From NCBI GenBank assembly GCA_963708295.1, contig CAVPSJ010000017.1, positions 1 to 64,000 of the forward strand: DNA of 64,000 bases, given 5' to 3'. The DNA comes from an uncultured delta proteobacterium. Lineage in GTDB: Bacteria > Desulfobacterota > BSN033 > UBA1163. The stretch's first letter is position 1. Each line of letters opens with the position of its first letter. The notes below the pieces were generated by a model. It saw nothing but the letters and a program-made list of their open reading frames with translations. It was not told the origin of the DNA and ran no database searches. This document shows, piece by piece, positions 21,164-31,873 of this stretch. A program made the position numbers and the translations under genes.

Positions 21164-22407
21164 CTACCGCAGCGATCTGAAGCCCGCGCGAACCTCTTCT
21201 GAAAAGAGCTTCGGCTGTTCCCAGGCCGCAAAGTGCCCGCCCTTGGGGAGCTTGTTGTAGTGAATGAGCTTGGGATACGCCTGCTCTGCCCAGCTCCGCG
21301 GGGCCGGATAGAGTTCGTCAGGGAAGACGCTCACGGCAACCGGGACGTTGACGCCTTTGACATTGAAGAACCGACGTTTGCCCCAGTTCTCCCAATAGAG
21401 GCGGGCGCCGGAAAGCGCCGTGTTCGTCAACCAGGTGATCGTGATGTTGTCGAGGATGTCGTCGCGCGTGAGGCCTTCGGATTGCTCCTTGAAAGACGCG
21501 TGAGATCAGCTCGTAGCTGCGCGCGTCGTGATCAAGGAAATACGCCGCCAGGCCGACGGGGGAATCCGCAATTCCGTACAACGTCTGCGGCCGCAGCCCC
21601 ATCTGGAACCCGTAGGCGATTCCCTTTTGATAGACGAAGCTGCAGACGCTCGTAGGCGACCTTCTCATCGGCCGAGAGACCCGATGGCGCCGGCGCGCCG
21701 GAAAAAGCCGCCTTGTCAATGTCGAGTGGAAAGATGCCAGGCATGTTGGTGTGAATGCCGAGCAATTCCGGAGGCGCCTGCACGCCCATGAGTTCGGTGA
21801 TGATCGCGCCCCAATCGCCACCTTGCGCCACGAATTTCGTGTACCCGAGGCGCTTCATCAGCACGACCCAGGCACGTGCAATGTGGGCGGGGTCCCAGCC
21901 GGTAGTGGTCGGCCTGCCTGAAAACCCGTAGCCCGGCATCGACGGAATCACCACATGGAAGGCGTCCGATGCGCTCGCCGCCGTGTGCCGTGGGATTGGT
22001 CAGCGGATCGATAATCTTCATCTGCTCGATGATCGAGCCGGGCCATCCGTGCGTGACGATGAGCGGCAACGCATTTTCATGTTTCGAACGAACGTGAATG
22101 AAATGAATGTCGAGTCCATCGATCTCGGTGATGAATTGCGGCAGGGCGTTCAGTCTCGCCTCGACACTTGCGCCAGTCGTACTCTGTCGCCCAATAGCGC
22201 GCGAGCGCCTGAATCGTCGCGAGCTGCACGCCTTGCGTTGCATCCGTGACCGTTTCCCGTTCAGGCCACTTGTGTCGCGTTGATGCGCCTGCGCAATTCG
22301 GTGAGTTCCGCTTCCGGAACATTCACATGAAACGGACGAATCGCATTCTTGTCAGCTGCCTGCTTGCTGCCTTGTTGTGTAGCACTGGTTTGGGTCATGG
22401 TATTCAT
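21164..22407 (-). CDS. Epoxide hydrolase (EHN + alpha/beta hydrolase), multiply frameshifted
   Basis: IRPFHVNV, YDWRK, DIHFIH, THGWPGS, PSMPGYGFS, QGGDWG, GGHFAAWEQP across frames. Confidence 0.85.
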
Positions 22408-22539
22408 TTTTCATTCCTCCTTTCTGTTAAATCCAATACGGTAACCAGGAAGTTCCTCTCATTTTATATTTAATCATCGGTTTTTCGAATTTCAAGGGAA
22501 TGATATTCGTCCAGAATTTTAACGCCTTGGGGGATAGTC

Positions 22540-22808
22540 CTTGAAGATTATCGTTTGAAATGTTGCACTCTGAAGGAAGATACCAAAATCAACATTTCAG
22601 GAAGAACTAAATGAAATTTCCTTTTTGAGATTTTTGGAACAGGTCGATAGTAAAATTCGGCGAGTACACCTACAAATCGTTGTTCAACGATGACATCTCG
22701 GGCTGCGGATTACGAGTTGAAATCATGTATCGCAGTTGAACATATGGAAACCAAATCCTGGCTTTTTTGAAGTGCGGAAAAAAAGGGTAGCAGATGGTTA
22801 CACCTCTC
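22540..22808 (+). repeat. Multi-box element, complete long form plus start of a second unit
   Basis: A 22546, B 22598, C 22667, A 22708, further C-like CACCTC 22801. Confidence 0.9.
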
Positions 22809-22983
22809 CGAAGGCGACATATAATGCTACGTGGATATTCCTTTCACTCGCTAATTCATAAATGACTCTATTTCGTATGACAGTTATTGCTAAAAGGGCG
22901 CATAACTTCAACTGCGCACCAGAATCTTATATCATAATTGCATCGCAACCCTACAAATCTGAGCAAAGGAGCAGCCTTGATCC

Positions 22984-25890
22984 ATGAAAATCACGTCCCA
23001 GATATTCCAAGCCTACCTCAAATGCAACACTAAGTGCTGGCTCATCTCTCTCGGCAAAAAAGGCAAGGGGAACGAGTATGCCGCTTGGGTCAGAGATCGA
23101 AACGTTTCCTGTTATAGTGCGGGAATTAAACGCTTGTTTGAAGGACTACCAAAAAAGGAATGCCTTTTCCCATCTGACCAAAGAGGATTTGAAGATGCCT
23201 GGATGGCGTTGGGCTGCGAGACTTGCTGGTCGAATCTGATTTCAGTGATACCAAAACTTATAGTTTCCAGAAACTGTTGAATCGTTCACATATGAAAATA
23301 GCTTCTCAGGAATATCCGTCTGCTTCCTCGAGCGCTAGAGTTGCGTTGGCCACTCATCTTCAGGCCGTTGAACGGATTGGTTCCAAACGGGAAAGAAGAG
23401 CCACCCAATATGTTCCCATTCGCTTTATTTCGAGGTACAAGATCACCCAAGCCGATAGGCTAGTGTTGGGATTTGATGCACTCACCCTGTCGAAAGCGCT
23501 CGGGCATAACGTAATTTATGCCAAAATCATCCGAGGAGATGATTACAGCGTATCGAAAGTGAAGACCATCGTTCTATTGGGTAAGGTTCGGAAGCGAGTT
23601 GAAAAGATTGTCACTCTACTGGAGAACCCTTTTCCACCGGACCTCGTACTGAACCGAAATTGTTCCGAGTGTGAGTTCAAATCCGAGTGCCATCAAAAGG
23701 CCATCGAGAAGGATGATCTAAGCCTGTTACAAGGTATGACAGCAAAGGAACGTGAGATGAATCATAGGAAAGGGATCTTCACTGTCAACCAGCTTTCCTA
23801 CACCTTTCGTCCCCGTCGGCGACCAAAACGGCATAGAGGAAAAAGGGAAAAATACCACCATTCACTAAAGGCATTGGCGATTCGGGAGAACAAAATACAT
23901 GTAGCGGGAAACCCTGAACTTAAAATCGATGGTACGCCTGTCTGTTTCGACGTAGAAGCACTCCCTGATCGGGGTTTTTACTACTTGATTGGCCTTCGAA
24001 TCAGAAACAACTCCTCAGCCGATCAATACAGTCTTTGGGCAGACAGTGTTAATGACCAGGAAGTCATCTGGCGACAGTTCTTGGATATTTTGGCATCCGT
24101 TGAAAACCCTGTTCTCATTCATTACGGTAGCTTTGAAACCACTTTTCTTAGGGATATGACGAAGCGTTATGGTAAACCTCCGGAGGGCTCTGTTGCAGCC
24201 AATGCCATCAAATCTGCTGTGAACTTGTTATCAGTGATATTCGGGCAGATTTACTTCCCCTGTTATTCCAATGGACTTAAAGATATTTCGAGATTTCTCG
24301 GTTTCGAGTGGTCTGACCCAAATGCAAGCGGGATTCAAGCTATCCTGTGGCGAGAAAGATTGGCATAATTCACATGAGGGTGTCTTCAAGGAAAAACTTA
24401 TCACTTACAATTCGGAGGATTGTGAAGCAATTTGCCGAGTAATGGATTGTTTAATCAATATAAGTAACCGCAATTCAGGAAGTCTCCGGCACATCTGCGA
24501 ATGATTTCGTCTCACATCGATTCTTTGCCTAGCGCATTTCCCTTTCGTTATCGGAAAATCCAGTTTGCCTTCCCCGAACTTGAAGAGATAAACAGTGCTG
24601 CATACTGGGATTACCAGAGAGAGCGTTTACTTCTAAAGTCCAACAGCTCTCCTAAAACAGCTGCGCGAAGAGTAGCAAAAAGCAGAAGAATAAAACTCCG
24701 CCCTAATAAAGTGATTTCTTTTCCAGCCCCTTCCCAGTGTCCCACCTGTGGAAAAACAAAGATCTACAAGCACCAGGCCTATACGAAGACAATTCTCGAT
24801 TTAAAATATAACAACTCAGGAATTAAGAGATGGATCACAAAATACTTGTATTGCAGGTATCGATGCTGCCGCTTGTAACACAGTGTTTTTTGCTTCAGAG
24901 CGACCTTGGAACCGCAGCGAGAAATTTGGCAAAAATCTTTTGACGATGACCATCTATCTCAATATCGGGCTTCGAGTACCTCAACAGAGAGTTGCCACAT
25001 TTTTCAACGAAATATTGGGCCTCAGTTTCTCTCGGGCCGTCCCAAATAGATTCAAGTCCATTTTAGCCCTATATTATAAACCAGCCACCGAGAAACTTTG
25101 GAAAAGATCATTGGTGGCGGTTTAATTCACGCTGATGAGACGAAGGTGAATATAAAGGGACAAATAGGGTACGTTTGGGCGTTCTCCAATCTGAAGGAAG
25201 TTGTGTATTTGTATACCCCCACTCGCGAAGGCGAGTTGGGTTCTTGAACTCTTAAAGGAATTCAAGGGAGTTTTGGTTTCCGATTTCTACTCAGTCTATG
25301 ATTCACTGGACTGTCCACAGCAGAAGTGTTTGATTCATCTGATTCGTGACATGAATGACGATCTTCTCAAAGAACCTTTTAATACTGAAATGAAATCCCT
25401 TGTGGCTGACTTTGCAGCTCTCGTCAAGCCGATGATAGAAACAGTGGATAGGTTCGGCTTAAAGGCACGCTTCTTACGAAAACACAAAAAAGATGTGAAG
25501 CGATTTTTTAAGTCACTTTCACAACAAGATTTCCGCACGGATGCCGCTGCAAAATGCAAAGTACGACTCCTGAAGAACCGAAAGCAGCTATTTACATTTC
25601 TCGATTACGATAACATTCCTTGGAATAACAATAACGCAGAACATGCGGTTAAAGCGTTTGTTTATCTGCGCCGAGATATCCGTGGTAATTCAACTGAAAG
25701 CGGTATTCGTGACTATCTTATACTTCTAAGTTTATGCGAGACCTGTCGGATCAAGGGGTTGAGTTTCCTAGAATTCCTTAGATCTCAGGAAACAGACATC
25801 GACGCCTTTGCTCAAAAGCGGTTAGGAACAGTTGAAAAGATTAGCCTTGTCTGGGAACCCAAGAACTTTACTCAAACTGAAGATATCTGA
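22984..25890 (+). mobile_element. TM0106-type RecB/Cas4-like nuclease + RNase H-like domain + IS66-family transposase, split by frameshifts
   Basis: YLKCNTK, NCSECEFKSEC, FDVEA, IHYGSFE, YNSEDC, CPTCG, IHADET (~25125), GVLVSDFY, QKCLIHLIRD, PWNNNNAEHAVK. Confidence 0.8.
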
Positions 25891-25945
25891 TTGAAATCCT
25901 CAACAAGGGCGGGAAATTCCACCTTGGCGATTTCAGGAAGTACTC
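25862..25945 (+). repeat. Multi-box element, A-B half overlapping the transposase stop codon
   Basis: GATATCTGATTGAAAT 25882, CAGGAAG 25934 (52); left flank matches 47881-47915. Confidence 0.75.
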
Positions 25946-26011
25946 TTCGGAGACAAAAAAGGGAGGACCCTCTCTGATCTTCCCTCTGATATCCAGCAAA
26001 TAAATATAAAT

Positions 26012-26449
26012 CTATTTTTGATCTTTCTCGTGATTTGAAGTCAGAATAAATATTCCATTAGGGTCTATGACACGGTAGGAATAGTCACTCCTTACCTTGC
26101 CTAAAAGGTCTTTAGTATTGTTCCCTCGCTCCTTTAACCTTCTCTCAATAATTTTCCCGCGGAACTGTATTGATTTGGAAGAAGGTTCTCTATAATAAAT
26201 ACTAAATGTTGCTCTCCTGTTTTGTGCAGAAAAAGATCTTTTTAAATCCGTCTTTCCTTTTGTTACCGCAAAATGTACATCGAATAGCATTTTAATTACG
26301 AATGTAACAACGAATATAAGAATAATCAACAAACCGATTAAGTAGAGCCAATGATTGCTATCCCATGGCGTATGATTTAACTCACTTGCTAATGCTGAAT
26401 TATCAATCATCTGAATCAAGATTGACAACCATAAAATAAGGCGTATCAT
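26012..26449 (-). CDS. Membrane protein with C-terminal 'ERR'-family domain
   Basis: Hydrophobic N-terminus then FSIYYRE...GKIIERR...IFI. Confidence 0.55.
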   Translation of the reverse strand: MIRLILWLSILIQMIDNSALASELNHTPWDSNHWLYLIGLLIILIFVVTFVIKMLFDVHFAVTKGKTDLKRSFSAQNRRATFSIYYREPSSKSIQFRGKIIERRLKERGNNTKDLLGKVRSDYSYRVIDPNGIFILTSNHEKDQK

Positions 26450-26503
26450 TGAGTCCCACCATTCTAGATCGTTGGATATTGAACCACTTTTTTTGATACT
26501 TAT

Positions 26504-26737
26504 TCAATTGTTATTTAAAGCCAGATCAGTCCAAAGAATTCCGCCTGAAAGGCTGTCTATTGCCACTCGCTTGAAGAACATGTTCTTGCTATCCACATTG
26601 TCACCCAAAAGCGATTTTCCCCAATTCATGACGGAGTCCCTCGTTATTCTCATTGGGTTCTTTCTTCTTTCTGGGAGAATCCCGATGAACTCGTAGCCTT
26701 TCTTCTTATTGAATGTGTATAACTCGTAGGCCAACAT
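26504..26737 (-). CDS. Small 'ERR'-family hypothetical protein
   Basis: YELY...GILPERRKNPMRIT..SVMNWGK; similar to 27936-28142. Confidence 0.7.
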   Translation of the reverse strand: MLAYELYTFNKKKGYEFIGILPERRKNPMRITRDSVMNWGKSLLGDNVDSKNMFFKRVAIDSLSGGILWTDLALNNN

Positions 26738-26782
26738 ACACAGAATGGGTGGGGGGTTCCCCTAATCTCCCCCCCGAAGGTG

Positions 26783-27031
26783 CTAGAGTTTGACAGGAGA
26801 CATATAAGAATTTGGAAACTCCTCATTCACATTTCCATTAGATTTTATCAGGCCCAAGATACTGCCGAGAAGCATATGAGATGTAGAACCACACACCGGG
26901 CACGCTGAATTCCTTACGATATGCTCACAGTTAATGCACAACCGCGCCTCGTTAAAAGGAATCGCTGGCATGGTCGAGGATTCTACGTCTGATACCTCAA
27001 CACCTAAAGCCTTCAAAAGTCTTTCTACCAT
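26783..27031 (-). CDS. Small zinc-ribbon protein
   Basis: CINC...CPVCGS; GAGG RBS. Confidence 0.6.
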   Translation of the reverse strand: MVERLLKALGVEVSDVESSTMPAIPFNEARLCINCEHIVRNSACPVCGSTSHMLLGSILGLIKSNGNVNEEFPNSYMSPVKL

Positions 27032-27180
27032 ATTAACCTCATTTTGGGGCCGCTCTCATCTTAGCGAAGAGGTCATACTGTTTCCAAAATTTCGCCCATC
27101 CATATTATTGGGCTTCGCAAATGATGATGGTGCATTCACCGGTGTCTTCGATTTTTCATCCGTATAAACCGAAAAACTCT

Positions 27181-27730
27181 TAATGCGAATTTATTCTTCT
27201 TTCCCGCAATTGCTCCTCAGTAAACAGATAGCTTCTCCGCAGGCACTATGGAATCTTCTTCCCAGATCAACTTATCGGGGACGATAAAGATCGCATTTTT
27301 ATCTTTTACCATTTGGCCAAACATCAATTTTGCCCATCTTATGCCAGATTCAAATTGGCTTCTTCCTCTTGAACCCCTCCTTCTCTCTGTTAATACAGCC
27401 ATAAGTTCGCCTTTTTTAAGTTCATAATCCTTATAATAAACTTTATAGATTATCATCTTGCTCCCGGCTCATATATTCAGTTCTTCTAAAACCAGATATA
27501 TTGTAAAGAGAGCAAAACTCGTACCAAGTAATGTCACTATGTCTGTTCGTTCCAATTATTGAAAACGGATGATAATTCATGGTAATTTAAATAAACTCTA
27601 ATCAATTTTGTATTACCGTTGATGAAAGCCTAAGTGGAAAAGATGTTCCCAAGAGTTCCAAATCCCTTCCTGATAATGCGGAACCATTCCTGCACCCTTT
27701 ATTGATTTAGGATTGAAATCTTCTATTTTG
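27181..27730. repeat. ~550 bp module duplicated at 33565-34111
   Basis: High identity by direct comparison, ending inside the A-B spacer. Confidence 0.9.
27217..27456 (-). CDS. Small 'ERR'-family protein (paralog of 33480-33839)
   Basis: MIIYKVYYKDYELKKGELMAVLTERR. Confidence 0.65.
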   Translation of the reverse strand: MIIYKVYYKDYELKKGELMAVLTERRRGSRGRSQFESGIRWAKLMFGQMVKDKNAIFIVPDKLIWEEDSIVPAEKLSVY

Positions 27731-27880
27731 AGGAGAAATTCGAAGATCGCGGTTGCAGGAAGAACTAAATGAAATTTCTTTTTCGAGATTTTTGGACCAC
27801 ATTGAATAGAAACAGTTGCCGACTTCACCTACTCACCGATAGTGAGATGATCTCAAAGTTGGGGATTCCCGAAAGAAAGC
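27700..27880 (+). repeat. Multi-box element, complete long form
   Basis: A 27704, B 27756, C 27826, A 27864. Confidence 0.85.
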
Positions 27881-27883
27881 AAC

Positions 27884-27913
27884 AAAAAGGCAGAGCCATC
27901 TCTGACCCTGCCT
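27884..27913 (-). terminator. Intrinsic terminator abutting the repeat
   Basis: AAAAAGGCAG...CTGCCT. Confidence 0.65.
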
Positions 27914-27935
27914 CGCTCTTTGTGCCCTGGATAAA

Positions 27936-28142
27936 TCAAGAAGTGTGACTCAACCCTTTCTGTACTTCTATTTCAATAAAATAGGTATTATTAATGTCAA
28001 CGTAATGGCCCACAATCAACTTTCCCCAATTCATAATTGATTGGTAGCTTATTCTTACTGCGTCCTTTCTCCTCTCATACAGAATGCCAACCAGATGAAA
28101 CTCCTTGTAATCACCATTTAAGTAGAATTCATAAGTTACCAT
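27936..28142 (-). CDS. Small 'ERR'-family hypothetical protein
   Basis: YEFY...GILYERRKDAVRISYQSIMNWGK. Confidence 0.65.
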   Translation of the reverse strand: MVTYEFYLNGDYKEFHLVGILYERRKDAVRISYQSIMNWGKLIVGHYVDINNTYFIEIEVQKGLSHTS

Positions 28143-28311
28143 GGTCTGCTACACCCGTTCTCTTCCAGAGATAAGATAAGGATAATCTTCTCAAAGTGTT
28201 TGCCACCCTGAAAGCCCTCTCTTTTCAGATTCTCCTTCTGAGCCAAAAATAGAGAGATAAAGGGCAGAGCCGAAATCACTCTGCCCTTCCCTTCCTAAAT
28301 TAAATATTGAT

Positions 28312-28983
28312 CTACTTCTTAAAAATTCTCTTCCTTCCATATCCTGCCAGACCAATCAACCCAGAACCGAGGAGGAGCATGGTGGCGGGTTCGGGAGCGG
28401 AGACTGGGCCTGGCCTAAGTGTGCCTAGAACGATGTCGTCGAGCGTAAAGTCGTTTCCGAAAAATGCGGTATTCTGGTTGACCAGGGACAGGGTTGCCGT
28501 TGTGCTCGCTCCTGAATTCCATTCCGCATAGAACTGCTGCCACAACCCTGTGGTTGTAGACGCCGTGAATGGCATTCCGATTAAGTCTCCGTTGATGCTG
28601 AAGTTAAGGATAGCTGGACTCCCGGGGTAGGCAGATGCCGCCCACGCCGATAAATAGTAATTGGTGTTTGGCACCACGGTGACTGGCGGCATGGCCAAAA
28701 GGTTGACATTGGGATTCACGGCTCCGTTCACTATCATCATATAGTTACCCCCATGGGCTGAGTAACTAGCCCATAAAGGATGCGAATTGGGGTTAGTATT
28801 AACGGAGTAGATTCCCTGAGGCATGTAATTGCTTGGGCTGTAAGTGTAGGCGCTGGAGAAAAAAGTATTTCCACTCTCAAAGTCTCCGTTTTGAATGAGA
28901 TTGAGGGCGAGACCTGTCCTTGCCCCTAAAGCAAGTGCGGCCACAGTAGCCATTATGACGGTGAGCTTCTTTAGCTCAATCAT
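28312..28983 (-). CDS. PEP-CTERM sorting domain protein
   Basis: Signal peptide, NLIQNGDFESG, C-terminal APEPATMLLLGSGLIGLAGYGRKR. Confidence 0.9.
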   Translation of the reverse strand: MIELKKLTVIMATVAALALGARTGLALNLIQNGDFESGNTFFSSAYTYSPSNYMPQGIYSVNTNPNSHPLWASYSAHGGNYMMIVNGAVNPNVNLLAMPPVTVVPNTNYYLSAWAASAYPGSPAILNFSINGDLIGMPFTASTTTGLWQQFYAEWNSGASTTATLSLVNQNTAFFGNDFTLDDIVLGTLRPGPVSAPEPATMLLLGSGLIGLAGYGRKRIFKK

Positions 28984-29197
28984 TTTTATCCTCCTTTCAC
29001 TCTGCCTTGCATAGATATCTAAGCAACATTTGGGCCACATCGCGTCAATTACGTTAACTTGTAAACAAATGGCAGTTGGCGCCAATTGAAATAAAAAGTC
29101 TGCCGAATCTAACTGTTACGAGCAGACCCAAAAGTGGAAACAGTTTTCTAATAAGTCCCGCATTGTTTCCGTTAAACAGAAAAGTCCCTGCCACTCC

Positions 29198-29372
29198 TTA
29201 TTGATTACTATTTGTTAAATCGAAAGGTGGAAATTGAAAATCACTTTTTCAGGAAATATTAAATGAAATTTTCTTTTTGAGAGTTTTTGAGCAGGTTGAT
29301 AGTAGAATTTGGCGAGTACACCTCCTTCACAATAACAAGTCAGTCTGATAGCTGACGATTACGGATTGAAAT
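29198..29372 (+). repeat. Multi-box element, complete long form
   Basis: A 29203, B 29250, C 29319, A 29357 (GATTACGGATTGAAAT). Confidence 0.85.
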
Positions 29373-29451
29373 ACCTGAGTACAAAATTATCCGGCCATCG
29401 TCGATGGCATCAGTAAACAAACAATATCGAGGCAAATAAGATTCGCGGAGG

Positions 29452-30717
29452 CTATCGTCTGGCTATAAATGCCAAGACGAACAACACAATAAAACCGATC
29501 ACGAATCCACGGGGGAATCGATCGATCAGGCGGCTGATTCCATAGCTTATCGGCAAAGCAACAAGAAAAACCATTCCAGCCTTAACCATGACCGGTCCTT
29601 CCGGCCAGACCATCAAGACATCCTGGAAAAAGTTCACAAAGAAGATATGGGACAGGTAGATGTTGTAGGAGTTTGCCGCAAAGGCTTGGTTGAACCTGGA
29701 TGGGCTATTCCAGTATTGGCGGGCGTATGCGATGAAAATGACAAGAAACACCAGACACACCAATGTCCGAATGAATGAGAAGGCAAGCAGGTGTCCGGAA
29801 GGAAGCTGGTGAGACGTCAAAGGATGGGCAAATACGTCTTGGCCGATAATAAAGAATCCTACCGTCAGTAGAACACCAAGGGGAACCCAGATGAAAAGCT
29901 GGCGAGGGAACTCATTCCACGCAAACCACTGTCTTGAATAGGCAAACACTCCTAATATAAAGCATGCGATGAACGAAACCAGACTTCCGGGTTGGAATTG
30001 CCAGAGAAGAGCAATCGTGATCCATGACATATCAGGGGTGAAGAGAATGACGATAAAATAGCCCAGTGAGGTCAAGACCGCTACTGCAAGGAATGCTTTC
30101 AAGATGCATTTATTGGAGGCAGGCGATTTGATTCGGGGGCTGCCAGAAGGCCCCATCCCTTTGTTTCTCATGGCCTCAAAGAGACAAAGTGCGATGAAGA
30201 AGGTGATAAGCAGTGAAAGGAACCAAAAATGCATTTGACTCACCCGCTCGGCTGTATATGGCCCGATTTGATATGCCCCAATGCTCTTGATATACGCTAT
30301 CCAGTATTGCCAAAAGGGGGGAACTGAATGGCCCACGTCCGCCTTTTTCTGTAAAAGGTGTTGTAAGAGGGGAACAATGATGAGAATGGCCAGCAGCCAG
30401 GGTACCCCCAACCGCCTGAACTTCCCTTTAAGGAACTTCCAGGTTCCCTGTTTCAGCAAAGAAGGGAGGGCGAAGTAACCGGCCACGAAAAAAAAGACTG
30501 GCATCATAAACACATCGAAGAGTTGCCTGATCATATCCGCGATCGTTGAGCTTCCATCGTGAACTGACCAATGAGGAGTGATGGTGCTGTATGCTGCGAC
30601 AGCATGATAGAGGACGACTGACAACATTGCCAGGTTGCGCACCCTATCAAAGAATAACAACCGGTTGTTGGATGAGCTCACTGTTCTGTTCATTTCAAAC
30701 CACCTTTTTTCGCACAA
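29452..30717 (-). CDS. Acyltransferase-3 family membrane protein (OpgC/MdoC-like)
   Basis: RLLFFDRVR, H, FMMPVFFFVAGYF, HFWFL, SYNIYLSH. Confidence 0.85.
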   Translation of the reverse strand: MCEKRWFEMNRTVSSSNNRLLFFDRVRNLAMLSVVLYHAVAAYSTITPHWSVHDGSSTIADMIRQLFDVFMMPVFFFVAGYFALPSLLKQGTWKFLKGKFRRLGVPWLLAILIIVPLLQHLLQKKADVGHSVPPFWQYWIAYIKSIGAYQIGPYTAERVSQMHFWFLSLLITFFIALCLFEAMRNKGMGPSGSPRIKSPASNKCILKAFLAVAVLTSLGYFIVILFTPDMSWITIALLWQFQPGSLVSFIACFILGVFAYSRQWFAWNEFPRQLFIWVPLGVLLTVGFFIIGQDVFAHPLTSHQLPSGHLLAFSFIRTLVCLVFLVIFIAYARQYWNSPSRFNQAFAANSYNIYLSHIFFVNFFQDVLMVWPEGPVMVKAGMVFLVALPISYGISRLIDRFPRGFVIGFIVLFVLAFIARR

Positions 30718-30821
30718 CCGTAACAGTTAATTTAAGATTAAGTTATTCATAGTGGTCGAGCCATAGCTGCATTGTTCATTTGCAGTTGTAATATACACCT
30801 TCTTATAAAATTAGTGAACAG

Positions 30822-30897
30822 AAGATTAGAGGAAGAAGTCCTCGTTTCCCAAAATCCAGCCGATCAAAACACCAAATTTGAAGCTTTCACCTACCTA
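30822..30897 (+). repeat. Multi-box element, B-C, interrupted after C
   Basis: B-C spacer matches 50175-50240; CACCTAC 30888. Confidence 0.65.
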
Positions 30898-30986
30898 TAC
30901 GTAACAAAATGGATTGACCGTTAGAACGGCTAAGGGTCATGATCTATTCTGCTTTTTCTTGAAAAAGAAAAGGAGGAGGAGGAGAA

Positions 30987-31568
30987 ATGACCCAGGGACA
31001 GTTGATCACCAATGAATCAACCAGAAGTGAGGATGAAGTACTACGTGGCCAGCGCCTTTTACTCACCCCCATCGACCGCATCCTTCAGAAGCTCTCTTGT
31101 CTGGAGCTTCCTGGCAAGGAACACTTCGAGTGCTATATGCGCCACAAGTGGCGCCTGAACCACAAGCCGAGGACCCTCGCCAGTTCTTTTACGTCCGCCA
31201 GGCTCTTCCTGGACTTTTATGGAAAGTCAGGCAAGAGAGAAATCGAGCAAATAGAACGGGTTGATCTGGAAGGCTTCATCGAGCACGAGCAGGACCGGGG
31301 ATTACGGATCTCCACAGTGCGAACGAGGCTTGCGTGTATTATCGCATTTGTGCATTTTCTGATGGAACAAGATGTCATCCCCGGATCCCTTCTTAAGCGG
31401 GGCATCAAGCTGAAGCTGCCGGACGTTCTGCCCCGGGCCATGAACCCCTCCGATGTGAGAAAGCTTCTCTCGGTGATGGACGACATCCGGGACCGGGCCC
31501 TGTTTCTTCTCCTTTTACGGACAGGGATACGGATCGGCGAGGCCTTGGGACTGAGGAAAACCAAATGA
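30987..31568 (+). pseudogene. Tyrosine recombinase (XerD/phage-integrase type), truncated by the repeat
   Basis: SAM-like N-domain, LPRAM, RDRALFLLLLRTGIRIGEAL; HxxR, H/W and Y regions absent. Confidence 0.85.
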
Positions 31569-31678
31569 AATTTTCTTTTGGAGATTTTTGGAGCAGGTTG
31601 ATAGTAGAATTTGGCGAGTACAGCTCCTACTCTACGATGGTGAGTTGATCTCGGAGTTGGTGATTACCGGAGGAAATA
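31551..31678 (+). repeat. Multi-box element, B-C-A long form fused into the integrase
   Basis: GAGGAAA 31553, CAGCTCC 31621, GATTAC 31662. Confidence 0.85.
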
Positions 31679-31681
31679 AAC

Positions 31682-31712
31682 AAAAAAGGCTGAGCTATTT
31701 CTAGCCCTGCCT
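31682..31712 (-). terminator. Intrinsic terminator abutting the repeat
   Basis: AAAAAAGGC...GCCT stem of the same family. Confidence 0.5.
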
Positions 31713-31873
31713 GTAATTCTTGTTAGCTAGATTTGTTTCTCAATCTCAGTAGCCTAATAATGATTTGCATATAAATACCTCAGCTTATTTGGTATCAGAT
31801 CGAAAGGTTCCAAACTAACTTACTCGATGATTTTTTGAAATGAGTGACATCGTCATTTTCCTGAAGGTCAGCA

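Noticed and set aside
27613-27828. Repeat-derived ORFs (also 16852-17055, 34667-34861, 48010-48273, 50080-50286) as real proteins
   Set aside because: Conserved boxes place stops in these frames, the 128-bp unit is not a multiple of three, and there is no consistent start or RBS.
30987-31568. Truncated integrase as the active array recombinase
   Set aside because: Lacks the catalytic HxxR, H/W and Tyr regions and is itself interrupted by the repeat.
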